DNA from: a virus
Taxonomy: Duplodnaviria > Caudoviricetes
Length of the DNA: 55,866 nucleotides
Virus record (IMG/VR): IMGVR_UViG_3300033417_000010
Location: 1-55,866 of that record
Reading direction: 5' to 3' (one strand)
The translations under genes and the position numbers were made by a program. The notes below the pieces were generated by a model. It saw nothing but the letters and a program-made list of their open reading frames with translations, was not told where the DNA came from and ran no database searches. How positions within the stretch are numbered: position 1 is the stretch's first letter; each line of letters opens with the position of its first letter. Positions 9,501 through 18,698 of this stretch are shown piece after piece.

Positions 9501-10918
9501 TCGTCGGCATCAGGAACGACCAAGGAAGACGGGCATGCCGCTGTTAGCGGCACGGCAAACGCACCTCCGAGTGAATAATGTATGCCTCCCGAACGGAAGA
9601 AATTGCCGAAACCCCAGTATATCTCGGTGGGTTCAGGGCAACCGTACGACCTGAGCCCGCCGTTGTCGACGACTGCCTCTGTATAAGCGTTTTCCTGAAT
9701 CGCGGGTGTCTCGAGCCAGAACACCAATCTTGTGCCATCTGGATACGGGAACGTGGTGAAACCGATCAGAGATTGGGTGCCTAGATTCAACAGCTGCGTC
9801 CATGTCGCGCCCCGATCATCGCTTACGTACAGACTGGACAGATTGAAGGTCGGTTTCCACGATACAGTGTAACCCGTCCCCGAGATTGCTTCGCCAAATT
9901 CGGGCGCGATGAACCGCTGTCCAATCGATAGGTACGGATTAGCCACTGGCGTTACTGCAAGCGTCGTGAACGACTTCGCGAGCTGCGCCGGCTGCCAGCC
10001 CGCAGCCGTCCGGACGGTGATGCGGCTGAGGTAGGTCGTGCTGGCAGTCAGGCCTGACGCCGTGTGCAGGTAGCGATTCGCGCCCGCGTCCGTCTGGTCG
10101 TAGACCGGGCTCGTGAACGCTGAATCGGCCGGCGTAGTGATCTCGTAGCGGACTTCGAGGATCGCCGCATCCTGTTCGACGCTGAACGCGGCTTCCGTGT
10201 CCGATGCTGCGGCGACCGACCAGTTGTATTCCACTGGCGGCGAGCCCATTCCAGCGTCGAAGTGCGCTTCGATGCGCGCGTCGGAAAGGGCACTCTGGTA
10301 CGCGGCGAGCCGGCCGAAATACTGGCTCATTGCGTTGCCGAGGCCGCCGTACCCTCCCTGGCCGCCGAAGTGGAACGCATTGCTCGAGCCGGTCAGCGGC
10401 CCCGCATTGTTCTCCGCTACCTTTACGCCATCTAGCCAGATGCTCGATAGATCGGCGGCGTGCTGCCGGCGAAAGACGATGTGATAGTAGCCGCCTACCT
10501 CGATCAGACCGTCAGCCGTGGTGAGATCGTCGCCAGTATAGCTGAGCGAGATCGCGCCGGCCGCCGTGATGAAGCCTTGAGCGAGCCAGTGGCTGAACAG
10601 GATGGACCCGTTCATCCATAGTTCGAGCCCTGTGGCGAGTGTGTCGATCTTCAGCCAGCACTCCAGCGTGAAGTCGGCATTGTTCAGGTTCAGCGACGGG
10701 AAAAAGATGCGAGCCAGGTCGCCCTTGATCGACGTCCCGCTCGGCTCGCTCAGCAGGACTGTAGGCTGGCCGTACAGCGCGGGCGAGCCGCCCGTGAAGA
10801 AGTCGAACGTCGTGGCGTGCCGGGCATTCCCCGATGAGTCCTGCGGCAACCCCGACACATCTTCGCACTTCCAGTATCCCCAGGGGCTGTCGGCCGCCAC
10901 TTCAGCGTCGTACGCCAC
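6590..10918 (-). CDS. Large tail/adhesin protein: LamG-like, FN3-like domains, Tal N-half, PKD, Ser-Pro linker, C-terminal lectin-like domain
   Basis: LamG motifs (FTLECW, YYHIV, ALSDARIEAHF); PKD motif WEWDFGD..STEQNPTHVY..GTYTVSLTVTD; (SP)n linker; directly downstream of Dit. Confidence 0.8.
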   Translation of the reverse strand: MAYDAEVAADSPWGYWKCEDVSGLPQDSSGNARHATTFDFFTGGSPALYGQPTVLLSEPSGTSIKGDLARIFFPSLNLNNADFTLECWLKIDTLATGLELWMNGSILFSHWLAQGFITAAGAISLSYTGDDLTTADGLIEVGGYYHIVFRRQHAADLSSIWLDGVKVAENNAGPLTGSSNAFHFGGQGGYGGLGNAMSQYFGRLAAYQSALSDARIEAHFDAGMGSPPVEYNWSVAAASDTEAAFSVEQDAAILEVRYEITTPADSAFTSPVYDQTDAGANRYLHTASGLTASTTYLSRITVRTAAGWQPAQLAKSFTTLAVTPVANPYLSIGQRFIAPEFGEAISGTGYTVSWKPTFNLSSLYVSDDRGATWTQLLNLGTQSLIGFTTFPYPDGTRLVFWLETPAIQENAYTEAVVDNGGLRSYGCPEPTEIYWGFGNFFRSGGIHYSLGGAFAVPLTAACPSSLVVPDADEAEVSTVVGFSWASGIPWWAPYPAEGWAAGVVIGASGNDADETTTGLFVGIRIQAVMPCLANSGLSVGGYPYDGSSVQSQLVYGFANSAPTHNAHSGGGVRSVYTKTALPPLCDYSVEVGLTVRLTKPDRILQPTVVRLQVGVGVGGFVGTSQFYDGNWDVDETIDLGYEFACGRCGIATGRVLQATFGGSGAIGTTRPCIVLLSDPSCSPVPAGTPLTTIIPTDDTVVCDEVTLDITPPGGTYGPGHSTTRWEIASASDPYFTSPLLDTGHQAADLLTFGPYALPAGDYIWRATITVDGSPTTSAEDSFTIDENSPPTAPVWVKPFAGQVFSAPTSITLNFSAATDPDSDPLTYEVYYSADGGATLVEIFALGTIQPDTDTPWSMAGIPAGELILYVRAFDGCEYGPFDTVCIEIIPGPCPRDPIHVTWARRAEIWADVEGNGASRQAFVPQFIDVSDHEELEGEERAELLFPRATGAITAAKVWTYLRARKVLRIHWADLTYTEYRVARLTDSRGDRNALLTRLELDAIWYDLGTRVLKRIEANGLVYFDFPLVLTPAQHIDFILGQSPRYFVAGRNHAATDPVTIEYSWDTPLSALYKLAEATGMELDVPRACDLYRIDLITAVGADSTLVCSFTADESGLTVTFTDGSTPASEVLEWEWDFGDSTSGSTEQNPTHVYAGDGTYTVSLTVTDYDGATCTTTQQITVGASASASPSASPSPSPSPSPSPEPSPSPSPSPSPSFHPSDIGGLLLLCEVESLEATHADTDPIAQWDDESGEDNHLVQASAGLRPTFDADAGLGWPSVRFTAAGIRRLQVLNFFGAAAEIFIALRNDNCPAAGGAGNNNASWHLGSGAVSVYCWNDGNIYDNFGTSLRYTYASSGDLTAVHTFGSSAEAGTKTQYMNGTQVAQRLTNTVGWPATLLFGGDGGGSNVFPSDWFAVVAYDHVLSTDDRAAVVSYLSKYQSARP

Positions 10919-11727
10919 TACTCAGCCGCCCGCCTGTAGATCGCCTGCGCGCTATTCGGCGTCTTCGTGATCTCCAGCGTCGGAAACGCACCCGCCACCG
11001 TGGTGCCGTGCTGGGGGTCCAGCGTGATGAAGTCCGACGTCGTCGAGTCAATCAGCATGTCGGCCGCGTCTGCGCCATCCAGCGTGATGAGCTGGTTGTA
11101 GCTGTCGATCGCGAGCGTCTGGCCGGAAGGCACACTGCCGGTGATCTGGGTACGACCCTGCTCCGTGCCGCTCGAGTCCCGATAGATGATGTCGAAGTCA
11201 GGACCGACCGGACCGACGACATTGATCAGCGGATAGACGAGCCCCGTCCAGAGCGGGCACTGCGCGGCGGCACCCGTGAACGTGACCGTCGTCTGCGTGG
11301 CGGCGTAGGCTAACGGGTCGCCGCAGAGGAACGTCAGCGGTAGCAGAACAATGCGCTGCGTGTGAACGGGCGCGAGATGGTTGGCGTCCGGCCGCTCGAT
11401 CCGGCCAGTGTAGTAGCGAGTGTCCTGATCGCCGAAAACGATCTGCACATCCCGCCGGGCAATCCGCCACTTCAGTTCGTCCAGCTGCGTCAGCAGCGTC
11501 GTGTGGGCGGTGCTGCCGTGGGCGACGTTCAGGTCGCTGGCGAGTACGATCCTGCGTTCGCGAGCCTGACCCTGCGCGTCCGCGCCCATGTACAGCGCGC
11601 CATCACGACCAGGCATGTAGGCCAATGCGTGGTCGCGGATCAGCCCGGCTCGCGTGCCCGGCGCGTCCGCGATCCGCAGCCCGAAGCTGCTGACATCGGT
11701 CCCGTCGATCGTGTGAACCAGGCTCAT
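10918..11727 (-). CDS. Distal tail protein (Dit)
   Basis: MPGRDGA, FGDQDTRYY and LTFLCGDPLAY motifs; follows the tape measure gene. Confidence 0.8.
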   Translation of the reverse strand: MSLVHTIDGTDVSSFGLRIADAPGTRAGLIRDHALAYMPGRDGALYMGADAQGQARERRIVLASDLNVAHGSTAHTTLLTQLDELKWRIARRDVQIVFGDQDTRYYTGRIERPDANHLAPVHTQRIVLLPLTFLCGDPLAYAATQTTVTFTGAAAQCPLWTGLVYPLINVVGPVGPDFDIIYRDSSGTEQGRTQITGSVPSGQTLAIDSYNQLITLDGADAADMLIDSTTSDFITLDPQHGTTVAGAFPTLEITKTPNSAQAIYRRAAE

Positions 11728-14700
11728 CCGCGCAGCTTCCCGACAGCGCGGCGGTAGTTGACCGTCCGGTTGCCCATCTGGTGGTCGGTCTGCTCTTCAG
11801 CCAACCCGCGCCGGAACCCGATAGCAACGTTCTCTCCGAGTTCCTGCTGCGCACCGGGCGTCGTCAGCGGCGGAATCTGCGTGCCGGACACGTAGACTTC
11901 GAGCTTGCCGATGGAGATGCCGGCCGACTGCGCGCTCGTGGTGGTCGGAGCGGCCGGGACCGGCAGGTTCGTCGGGATCGTGCCGCCCGCAGCCGTGAGC
12001 AAGCCGTAGATGCCTTCGTACGTCCGGCGCGTGTTCAGCTCGATTGACGAGAGTTGCGCGACGACGATATTGGCAGATGCTTCGGTGATCACGCGCGAAA
12101 CCTGGAAGCCGGCCGTCGCGCCGCCCTCGCCTGTTTCCTCGCTGATCTCGTCGAGGGCCGCGTCGATACCGAGGATCAGCTCTCGGAGCTGCTCGCCGGT
12201 CAGGTCGCCCAGCAACGCCGGATCCAGCTCGGCGGTCAGAATCAACCGCGCGACTTCACGCGTTCGGGCTTCGAGTTCCGCCCGGCCTTCGGCGGTGGAC
12301 GGATCGATGCCGGCGAAGAACTTGCGGAACAGGTCAGGAGCGTTTTTCGCCAGCAGGTCCAGCTCATCCTGCGCGCGCTCAGCCGCAGACGCCGTCTCGT
12401 CGAAGACCTCGCGCTCGAACTCGCGCGCGGCGCGCTGCTCGTCCAACGAGTTGCCGAAGCCGACGACTGCGTCCGTCGCGATGCCCAGCGCTTCCTGGAG
12501 CGCCAGCAGACCCTCGGATGTGATCATGCCGTTCTTGTCGAACAGCTCGATGCCGAGTTCGTCGGCCAGCGCCTTCAGTTCGGCGAACGAAATGCCCTGA
12601 CGCGCGAAAGCCTGGACGACTGCCCGTCCACCGCCGCGTCCGATATCTCCGGGGCCACTCGCGAGCAATCCACCGGACCGGATCGCGTCCTCGATCGCTG
12701 CGCGCGCGCTCGTCAGCAGTCCGCCCGACAACTGGAATCCCTCGAACTCGAGCCGCAGCCGGTCGATCGCTTCGGTGTTGCGGCGGATGGCTTCCTGCCG
12801 TTCCGTGTCGGGGCCGAACAGTTCGCCGATCAAAGCCGTGGCACCGCCGATGATCAGCGGAATGCCTTCTTTTCCGCCGGTCGCCGTGGCGAGCGCAATG
12901 CCGGCTCCGAGCTCGACGATCGAGCCGAGTGCCTTGGCAGCCCCTGAGTCGATCAGCCCAATCGACTCAGCGACCTGGAGCGCGGCCCGCGCGTAATCTT
13001 CCAGCCGCCGGGCTTCCTCACGGATTAGCCGCAGGCGTTCCTGAGCGGCACGTTCGGCCTCCTGCGCCGACTGCTCCTGCTTCTTGCCCTCGTCCTCGGC
13101 GGCCTTCGCCAGATCCAGCATCGCCTTTTCGGCCATGCGGATCAGGTCGATGAACCGCTTGCGGACCTTCGAGCCCTCCTCGGTGTTCTCGGCTTCCTGC
13201 TCCAGCCCGTCGATCAGTGCGCGAAGACCGGCCAGCAACGGCACGACGTCCTCGGCGGCCTCGATGTGCGCCTCGCCGTACGCGCGGATCTGGTCCTCGA
13301 TCTCCATCGCGCGGCCCTCGGCCTCGATGGATTCGCGGATGGAGCCGAACTTCGCGGCCGTCTCCTCATCGATCCGGCCGAACGCGGCGATCCACTCGCG
13401 TTCCAGCTTGTCGAGCTGGAGCAGCGACTCATCGACGACCGAGCGGGTAAGCTGAGCGAGCTCGCGGGCGAGTTGCTCTTGCAGGCGGGCGCGCTCAGCG
13501 GCAATGCGCGCGGCTTCGCGGGCAGCCTTCTCGGGATCGCCGGACTCCTCGCCTGACGCGCGTCCGAGCCGTCCGATCGCGGCGGCAGCAGCAGCAGCAC
13601 CTTCCTTCTGCGAGTCGGCGATCTGCTGGAGCGCCGTCATTGCGGCCCGGTCACCGCGAGCGGCCAGCGTTTCGAGTTCGAGCACGAGCTTGGAAATCTC
13701 GGCACGCGATCCTGCCATGTCTTGCTCGGCCGCCCTGGCAGCCCGTCTCTGTTCCAGGAAGTCCTCGAATCCCGCGCCGGCGGCCAGGCCGCCAGTAAGT
13801 CCGAGCGCGCCGAGTGTCGCCTTGGTCTGGAACTTCGCGAAGCCGAACAAGATGCGGGCGACCGGATGCTCGGCAATCGCGTTTGCGCGATCAATCATCA
13901 GATCGACGAGCGCGCCAACATGGTCCGCAAGGTTCTGGATGTGCCCCGCACCGTTCTCGGCGCCCGTTCCGATGCGGTCCAGCAGTTCGGCCAGTTTCGG
14001 CGATTCGACAATCGCCTCGGCCATGGCGTTCTTGGCATTCTCAGTGAACGCCGCAAACTGCTGCATACGGTCGCCGGCCGTGAGCGTGTCCTCGCCGAGC
14101 CGGGCGGTCCTGGATCCCAGTCCGTCGAGCACGGCAGCCAGTCGCGCCGCGACCTTCTCGTTTTCGGTCAGTTCGCGCGTGACACCCAGCACGTTCCGCG
14201 CGTACTTCTCGTACTCCTCGTTGAAATTGATGACGATGCCGAGTTCGTCGATAAGCCTGCGCTCGCCCTTCGCGATGGAAGCGATCAGTCGTTCGAAGGA
14301 CTCGCTGGCGTCCCTGCCGAGAGCGCGGCCCAGCCGGCGGGCGCCTTCCGCGAGTTGGCCAAGCTCTTCGGACGTCGCGGGCAGACCCGACTGGAGCGCG
14401 AGGTTCGCGCTGGCCATGAGATCGAGGTCGGACGCAGTCGAGCGAGCCGCGCGCCGAAGTGCATTGAGGGTTCGGGTTGGGTCCAACCCACTGCTGATCG
14501 AAAGTTCGCCAAATGACTGGCGCGCGATCTGAACGGCGCCGCCGCGCTCCAGAGTCTGACGGATGCCTTGCGCCATGCGCGAGAACACCGCGCCGACCTT
14601 GTCTGCGATGAACGTGAACGCGCCGACAATGCCGAACGCGATGCCGCCACGAATCAGGCTCGGCAGGTTAGCCAGGTTGTCGATGAATCCGCGCTTGATG

Positions 14701-15065
14701 TCCTTGCCGGTGCGGGTGCCGGTTTCCGCGACGTTTCGCAGCGACCGCTGCAGCTTCGTGAACTCCTCGGTATTGTCCTTGCCGGCCTTCCTCATCTGTT
14801 TCAGCGCTTCGAGGATGCCGCTGTTGAATTCCTTGCTGAAGTCGCGGGAAATCTGGCGGGCCTGATTCTTGTCGATAATGCCCTTCGCGAGAGCTTCCTT
14901 GAACGCGCCCTGCCGCTTGCGCAGCTCCTCCTTCATCTCCTTCAGGATCGCGTCGGCGGTCTCGGTCGCTGCGCGGCGGCCGATATCCTTCATGTCGCGG
15001 AGGTCGCGCTGGAAAGCCTCGAGTGGGGCCCGTACCGGAATGCGGAAGCCGCGGGAGCGTGCCAT
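11724..15065 (-). CDS. Tail tape measure protein
   Basis: 1113 aa, Ala/Glu/Leu-rich and helical with hydrophobic patches; LIDELGI motif; canonical position. Confidence 0.9.
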   Translation of the reverse strand: MARSRGFRIPVRAPLEAFQRDLRDMKDIGRRAATETADAILKEMKEELRKRQGAFKEALAKGIIDKNQARQISRDFSKEFNSGILEALKQMRKAGKDNTEEFTKLQRSLRNVAETGTRTGKDIKRGFIDNLANLPSLIRGGIAFGIVGAFTFIADKVGAVFSRMAQGIRQTLERGGAVQIARQSFGELSISSGLDPTRTLNALRRAARSTASDLDLMASANLALQSGLPATSEELGQLAEGARRLGRALGRDASESFERLIASIAKGERRLIDELGIVINFNEEYEKYARNVLGVTRELTENEKVAARLAAVLDGLGSRTARLGEDTLTAGDRMQQFAAFTENAKNAMAEAIVESPKLAELLDRIGTGAENGAGHIQNLADHVGALVDLMIDRANAIAEHPVARILFGFAKFQTKATLGALGLTGGLAAGAGFEDFLEQRRAARAAEQDMAGSRAEISKLVLELETLAARGDRAAMTALQQIADSQKEGAAAAAAAIGRLGRASGEESGDPEKAAREAARIAAERARLQEQLARELAQLTRSVVDESLLQLDKLEREWIAAFGRIDEETAAKFGSIRESIEAEGRAMEIEDQIRAYGEAHIEAAEDVVPLLAGLRALIDGLEQEAENTEEGSKVRKRFIDLIRMAEKAMLDLAKAAEDEGKKQEQSAQEAERAAQERLRLIREEARRLEDYARAALQVAESIGLIDSGAAKALGSIVELGAGIALATATGGKEGIPLIIGGATALIGELFGPDTERQEAIRRNTEAIDRLRLEFEGFQLSGGLLTSARAAIEDAIRSGGLLASGPGDIGRGGGRAVVQAFARQGISFAELKALADELGIELFDKNGMITSEGLLALQEALGIATDAVVGFGNSLDEQRAAREFEREVFDETASAAERAQDELDLLAKNAPDLFRKFFAGIDPSTAEGRAELEARTREVARLILTAELDPALLGDLTGEQLRELILGIDAALDEISEETGEGGATAGFQVSRVITEASANIVVAQLSSIELNTRRTYEGIYGLLTAAGGTIPTNLPVPAAPTTTSAQSAGISIGKLEVYVSGTQIPPLTTPGAQQELGENVAIGFRRGLAEEQTDHQMGNRTVNYRRAVGKLRG

Positions 15066-15470
15066 CTACTCCCCCAGCTCGCCTTCGGTGCGCTTGATGA
15101 GCGCGTCGATGCGGCCGCGCGCAGCTTCCACGGCGGCGTCGAGATGTGGCCGGGGCGCGATATCGTCGCGGCCTTCGTCCAGCGCCAGCGCGAGCGGGAA
15201 GCCGTCGGAGTGTTCCGCGGGGCTGAACGCGTACGCGACGACGGCATCGTCATAGACGACGGCCGGAGTGTGCTGCCAGCTGCGATGGTACTTGCCGGTC
15301 GGGGAGGCCGGGAACTCGCCGGGCTCCGATGCTTCGGGCTGCAGCTGGATCCGCGCGCTGACTTCCTCGTCGACGATCGCGGCGCCAATCCCGATGATCG
15401 GGGCGAGCTGCGATGCTACGAGCCGCGTCATGCCGGCGATATCGATCTCGAACGATGCCCGCTCAGCCAT
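15066..15470 (-). CDS. HK97 gp10-like tail completion protein
   Basis: ASEPGEFPASPTGKYHRSW, LDEG..IAPRPHL motifs. Confidence 0.7.
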   Translation of the reverse strand: MAERASFEIDIAGMTRLVASQLAPIIGIGAAIVDEEVSARIQLQPEASEPGEFPASPTGKYHRSWQHTPAVVYDDAVVAYAFSPAEHSDGFPLALALDEGRDDIAPRPHLDAAVEAARGRIDALIKRTEGELGE

Positions 15471-15687
15471 CGTCCTCTCCCAGCTCGCGCTCGATCTCCT
15501 GGCGGACCGCGCCCTGACCGAGCCGACCGAAGATCCAGCGCTGCGCGCGGCCGGGCAGCCAGCGCCATGGCCACCGAATCGACCATGTCACGAACGCGAC
15601 GAGCGTGATCGCGCTCAACCGGTCCGGCTCAAGACCGAGTGCTGCGGCCTGCGCGGCGAATCGGCGCTCCTCGAGGCGGACGCTCAT
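15463..15687 (-). CDS. Hypothetical protein (74 aa)
   Basis: ATG overlaps the upstream stop. Confidence 0.55.
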   Translation of the reverse strand: MSVRLEERRFAAQAAALGLEPDRLSAITLVAFVTWSIRWPWRWLPGRAQRWIFGRLGQGAVRQEIERELGEDDG

Positions 15688-16571
15688 CCGAACGCATCCT
15701 CCAGCTCCTTCGCCTCGGCCCCCTTCACGGCACCGGCACGGATCAGCGTGAGGAACTGTGCGAGGTCGTGGTTCTGGAGCGTGGCGGGCGGGAGTCCGAG
15801 TTTCGGCTCCCACGCGGCGAGCAGCGACTCGATCCCGAACTCAGCGTGCTGGTCGCGGCCCCGCTTCTTCGGCTCCGGCTGCTTTCCGAGACGGTCGTAG
15901 CGGCCAGGGCCCGCCTCATACAGCGCGAGGAGCAAACGACCCTCGTCGGCCGCGGTTACCTCGCCCCACCACTCGGGTGCCTCTTCGGGGACCGCGGCAC
16001 GGCCGGACTCCGACAGAAAGTTCGCGAGCACGCCGCGGAACTGATATTCCCACTCCACGCCGATCGCCTCGGACAGCCGAACGAGCGCGCGGCGTCGGCG
16101 CCGCGGCATCCGGCGGGTCAACATGGCTTCGATGCGGTCGAGATCCTGGCCGAGCTGCCTCCGCCGTCGTTCGTGCCGCGCGAGCGCGATCATCGCCGCG
16201 CGGGACCGCGACGTCGCGAGAATGACGCGGCCGGCGATCCGAACGGGCACCGGCTCGCGGGAGATCAGCAGATGGGCGGTGACTTCCTTCTGCGCGTCGG
16301 CGCGGGTGAGGCCATGCTCCCAGACGTGCCACATGCCGACGAGGTGTCGCCAGCGCATGAAGCACTGATCCGGATCGTCCAGAGACAGGGAGCGCAGGAC
16401 AGAGTCGTCCGCGTCGCTGAACTGGCCATCCTCGAACTGGAGTCGAAGGATCCGCTCCCGGAGCACTGCCATGTCACGGATACGAGCGTGCGTGAGGGGG
16501 TAGGGCACCGACTCTCGCCGGCGCTCTCCCCCCGCAGCAGCGAACGCACGCTCGAACCCGATCTCCGCCAC
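15684..16571 (-). CDS. Probable tail assembly chaperone
   Basis: Lies between the tail tube and tape measure genes; function inferred from synteny only. Confidence 0.5.
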   Translation of the reverse strand: MAEIGFERAFAAAGGERRRESVPYPLTHARIRDMAVLRERILRLQFEDGQFSDADDSVLRSLSLDDPDQCFMRWRHLVGMWHVWEHGLTRADAQKEVTAHLLISREPVPVRIAGRVILATSRSRAAMIALARHERRRRQLGQDLDRIEAMLTRRMPRRRRRALVRLSEAIGVEWEYQFRGVLANFLSESGRAAVPEEAPEWWGEVTAADEGRLLLALYEAGPGRYDRLGKQPEPKKRGRDQHAEFGIESLLAAWEPKLGLPPATLQNHDLAQFLTLIRAGAVKGAEAKELEDAFG

Positions 16572-16575
16572 GGGA

Positions 16576-17109
16576 TCACGAAGACGCGAGATCGCGGATC
16601 GTCAGGACGGACACGCCGACCGTGTTCGGATTGAGGACGCGCCACGTGGCGTTCGGTACCATCCAGCCCGTCTTCGACTGCGCGAGCGGGCCGACGTCCG
16701 TCAGCTTGCACCGCGGAGCCGTGACGCGGCGGACGGACGCGAGCGCGCCGGCGCCGAGGCTGTAGATCTCGCGGATCTCCTCGCCGATGTCGTCCTGGTC
16801 GAAGCGCAGCACTTCGTCCGTGCTCGCCGACAGGTCGCCGGTGAAGGCCGTGTCGGGCATGCCGAACATGCGACCGATGTTCTGGAGGGCACCGTCGATG
16901 CCGTTGATCGCCAACGACATCGAGACCCGCGAGATCCCGGTGTCCTCCTCCATCTTCGACTGAGAGCTGAACAGGTCGACGGAGGTGACGTTCATCTGGA
17001 TCTCGACCGCCTCTTCCGCCGTCTTGCCCCACGGGACATCGACCGGACCGGACGCGACGTGACCGACCTCGGAGTGCCCGCGCGTGAAAGCGTTCGCTGC
17101 TGCCGCCAT
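16576..17109 (-). CDS. Major tail (tube) protein
   Basis: 177 aa, beta-rich (WGKTAEEAVEIQMNVT); strong RBS; follows the terminator-like gene. Confidence 0.7.
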   Translation of the reverse strand: MAAAANAFTRGHSEVGHVASGPVDVPWGKTAEEAVEIQMNVTSVDLFSSQSKMEEDTGISRVSMSLAINGIDGALQNIGRMFGMPDTAFTGDLSASTDEVLRFDQDDIGEEIREIYSLGAGALASVRRVTAPRCKLTDVGPLAQSKTGWMVPNATWRVLNPNTVGVSVLTIRDLASS

Positions 17110-17122
17110 TATCGCCTCGCTG

Positions 17123-17503
17123 TCAGACTGTGGACCTGATCACAGACCGGGCCCCTCGCGCGCCGGCCTTCCTCGCTTCCTCCTGCAACGTCGCTTCGTC
17201 CGGCAGGAACGCCGTCCGGTTCGGACCCGGCTGGAGCATCTCCTCGTGCAGCCGGGTCCACGGACCCTCCCAGTACGTCCGCCATTCCTCCCACTGGGGG
17301 CCGAGACGCTTGCGGATGCCGAGTGGCTGAACCACAACTTCCCGCCCCTCCGGTGGATCCTTCGTGACCATGATCACGACGCGGACCCGCTTCGGACGCT
17401 GCTCAATCGACTCCGCCTGCTGCACCGCGACTGCGAAGTCGCCGTCCTCGAGTTCGAGGATTCGGCGAGGCCTGCGCCGGATCACGTCACGGAGCGGTCT
17501 CAT
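17123..17503 (-). CDS. Hypothetical protein
   Basis: Coupled to the upstream stop. Confidence 0.55.
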   Translation of the reverse strand: MRPLRDVIRRRPRRILELEDGDFAVAVQQAESIEQRPKRVRVVIMVTKDPPEGREVVVQPLGIRKRLGPQWEEWRTYWEGPWTRLHEEMLQPGPNRTAFLPDEATLQEEARKAGARGARSVIRSTV

Positions 17504-17964
17504 GCGGCCGCTACCTGCCATAGCCGGCGGCGCCGGATGAGCCGGCTCGGCGGCTCCGCGCCCTCGAGACACACGCTCGAGACGTAGATTCCGCGCGGCG
17601 TGTCGAACCACGTCGCAGCGTTCTCGTCCGGGTAGAGCAGTGCCAGCATCTGGTCATCGATCGCGTTCACAGTTGCGAGTCCGCGAGCCGGGTCGGCCGC
17701 GTCCGCCGGTATGTCCCAGATGTCGCTCGCGATGATCACGTGCTCCGGGTCCGCCGAGCGTGGCACGATCGCCGTCGTCATCCACGTGACGCGCGGCAGG
17801 TCGTCCCGACCCGGCTTCACGAGCAGCTCGTCGGGCCAGCCGTGTACGAGCCGGACCGTGGCGTCGGAATCCAGCCCCACGAGGCCCTCGAACGTGGCGT
17901 CGCCAGCCAGGCGATCCACCCACGCGAGCGTGAGGTTGCCGAGCGATGCGTTGACCGGGCTCAT
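17500..17964 (-). CDS. Tail terminator-like protein
   Basis: Size, position and the pattern LAGDATFEGLV..RLVHG..LPRVT..DIW. Confidence 0.6.
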   Translation of the reverse strand: MSPVNASLGNLTLAWVDRLAGDATFEGLVGLDSDATVRLVHGWPDELLVKPGRDDLPRVTWMTTAIVPRSADPEHVIIASDIWDIPADAADPARGLATVNAIDDQMLALLYPDENAATWFDTPRGIYVSSVCLEGAEPPSRLIRRRRLWQVAAA

Positions 17965-18317
17965 CCGAACTCGTCATCGGTTTCCTCGAGCTCGCCCTGC
18001 CAGCCGCCGCGGGCTTCGGCGTTCCAGGCGTTGCGAACGAGAAAGCGCCGGCCGTCGAGCGCGGTGTTGACGTCGCTGGTCACCAGCGCGCCGTCGTCCT
18101 GCTGGAGATCGAGACCCTCGTTGCCGAAGCCGGCCCAGACCGATCCGCCCATTCGCCCGAATTGCTCGCGCGCAACCGACCCCGTCTTCAACTGCAGATC
18201 GAACGGCACGTCCGTCGCGAGCGCTGTGTAGCTCCGGCGATGCTCGCGATACGCGGTCTTCCCGCCGGCCGTCGGCCGGAAGATCGAGATGCGGAGCGGA
18301 GCGTACCGGAGCGTCAT
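17961..18317 (-). CDS. Head closure/head-tail adaptor-like protein
   Basis: 118 aa, beta-rich; synteny after capsid. Confidence 0.55.
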   Translation of the reverse strand: MTLRYAPLRISIFRPTAGGKTAYREHRRSYTALATDVPFDLQLKTGSVAREQFGRMGGSVWAGFGNEGLDLQQDDGALVTSDVNTALDGRRFLVRNAWNAEARGGWQGELEETDDEFG

Positions 18318-18320
18318 GCG

Positions 18321-18626
18321 TCACTTGTTCGTGCGTCGCCGCGTCCGGCGCGTGGTCGGCTTCGGCTCGGCCGCGGCCGGCGGCGCGGGTGGTTCGTCGA
18401 TCGGTTCGCGCACGGCCGGCAGCTCAGCCTCGACAGGCCGGCTGACGACCTCTTCGATTAGCCGCGCGCGACGACGCTGCAGCAGAGCCAGCGCATCCGC
18501 TCGACGCATCGGTACTGGTATGTCGAGGTGGTCGGGCCCGTACACCACGCCCTGCCACACGACGTTCGCCGTGAACCGGACTTGCACCTGATCGGTCGAC
18601 TTGTCCGGAACCGATGTCAGTGTCAC
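18321..18626 (-). CDS. Small capsid-adjacent protein with basic tail
   Basis: GGGAG RBS; Pro-rich linker; C-terminal KPTTRRTRRRTNK. Confidence 0.6.
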   Translation of the reverse strand: MTLTSVPDKSTDQVQVRFTANVVWQGVVYGPDHLDIPVPMRRADALALLQRRRARLIEEVVSRPVEAELPAVREPIDEPPAPPAAAEPKPTTRRTRRRTNK

Positions 18627-18657
18627 TGCAACCTCCCTGTTTCGTGATCCGCCGAGG

Positions 18658-18683
18658 CCCGGTCCCACCGAAGCGGGACCGGG
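18658..18683 (-). terminator. GC hairpin with UUCG loop after capsid gene
   Basis: Minus strand reads CCCGGTCCCGC-TTCG-GTGGGACCGGG. No U-tract follows, so it may be a stabiliser or weak terminator. Confidence 0.5.
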
Positions 18684-18698
18684 TTTCAGTCAGACGGC

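Noticed and set aside
4851-10918. Diversity-generating retroelement or invertible tail-fibre system
   Set aside because: No reverse transcriptase, invertase or template/variable repeat pair seen.
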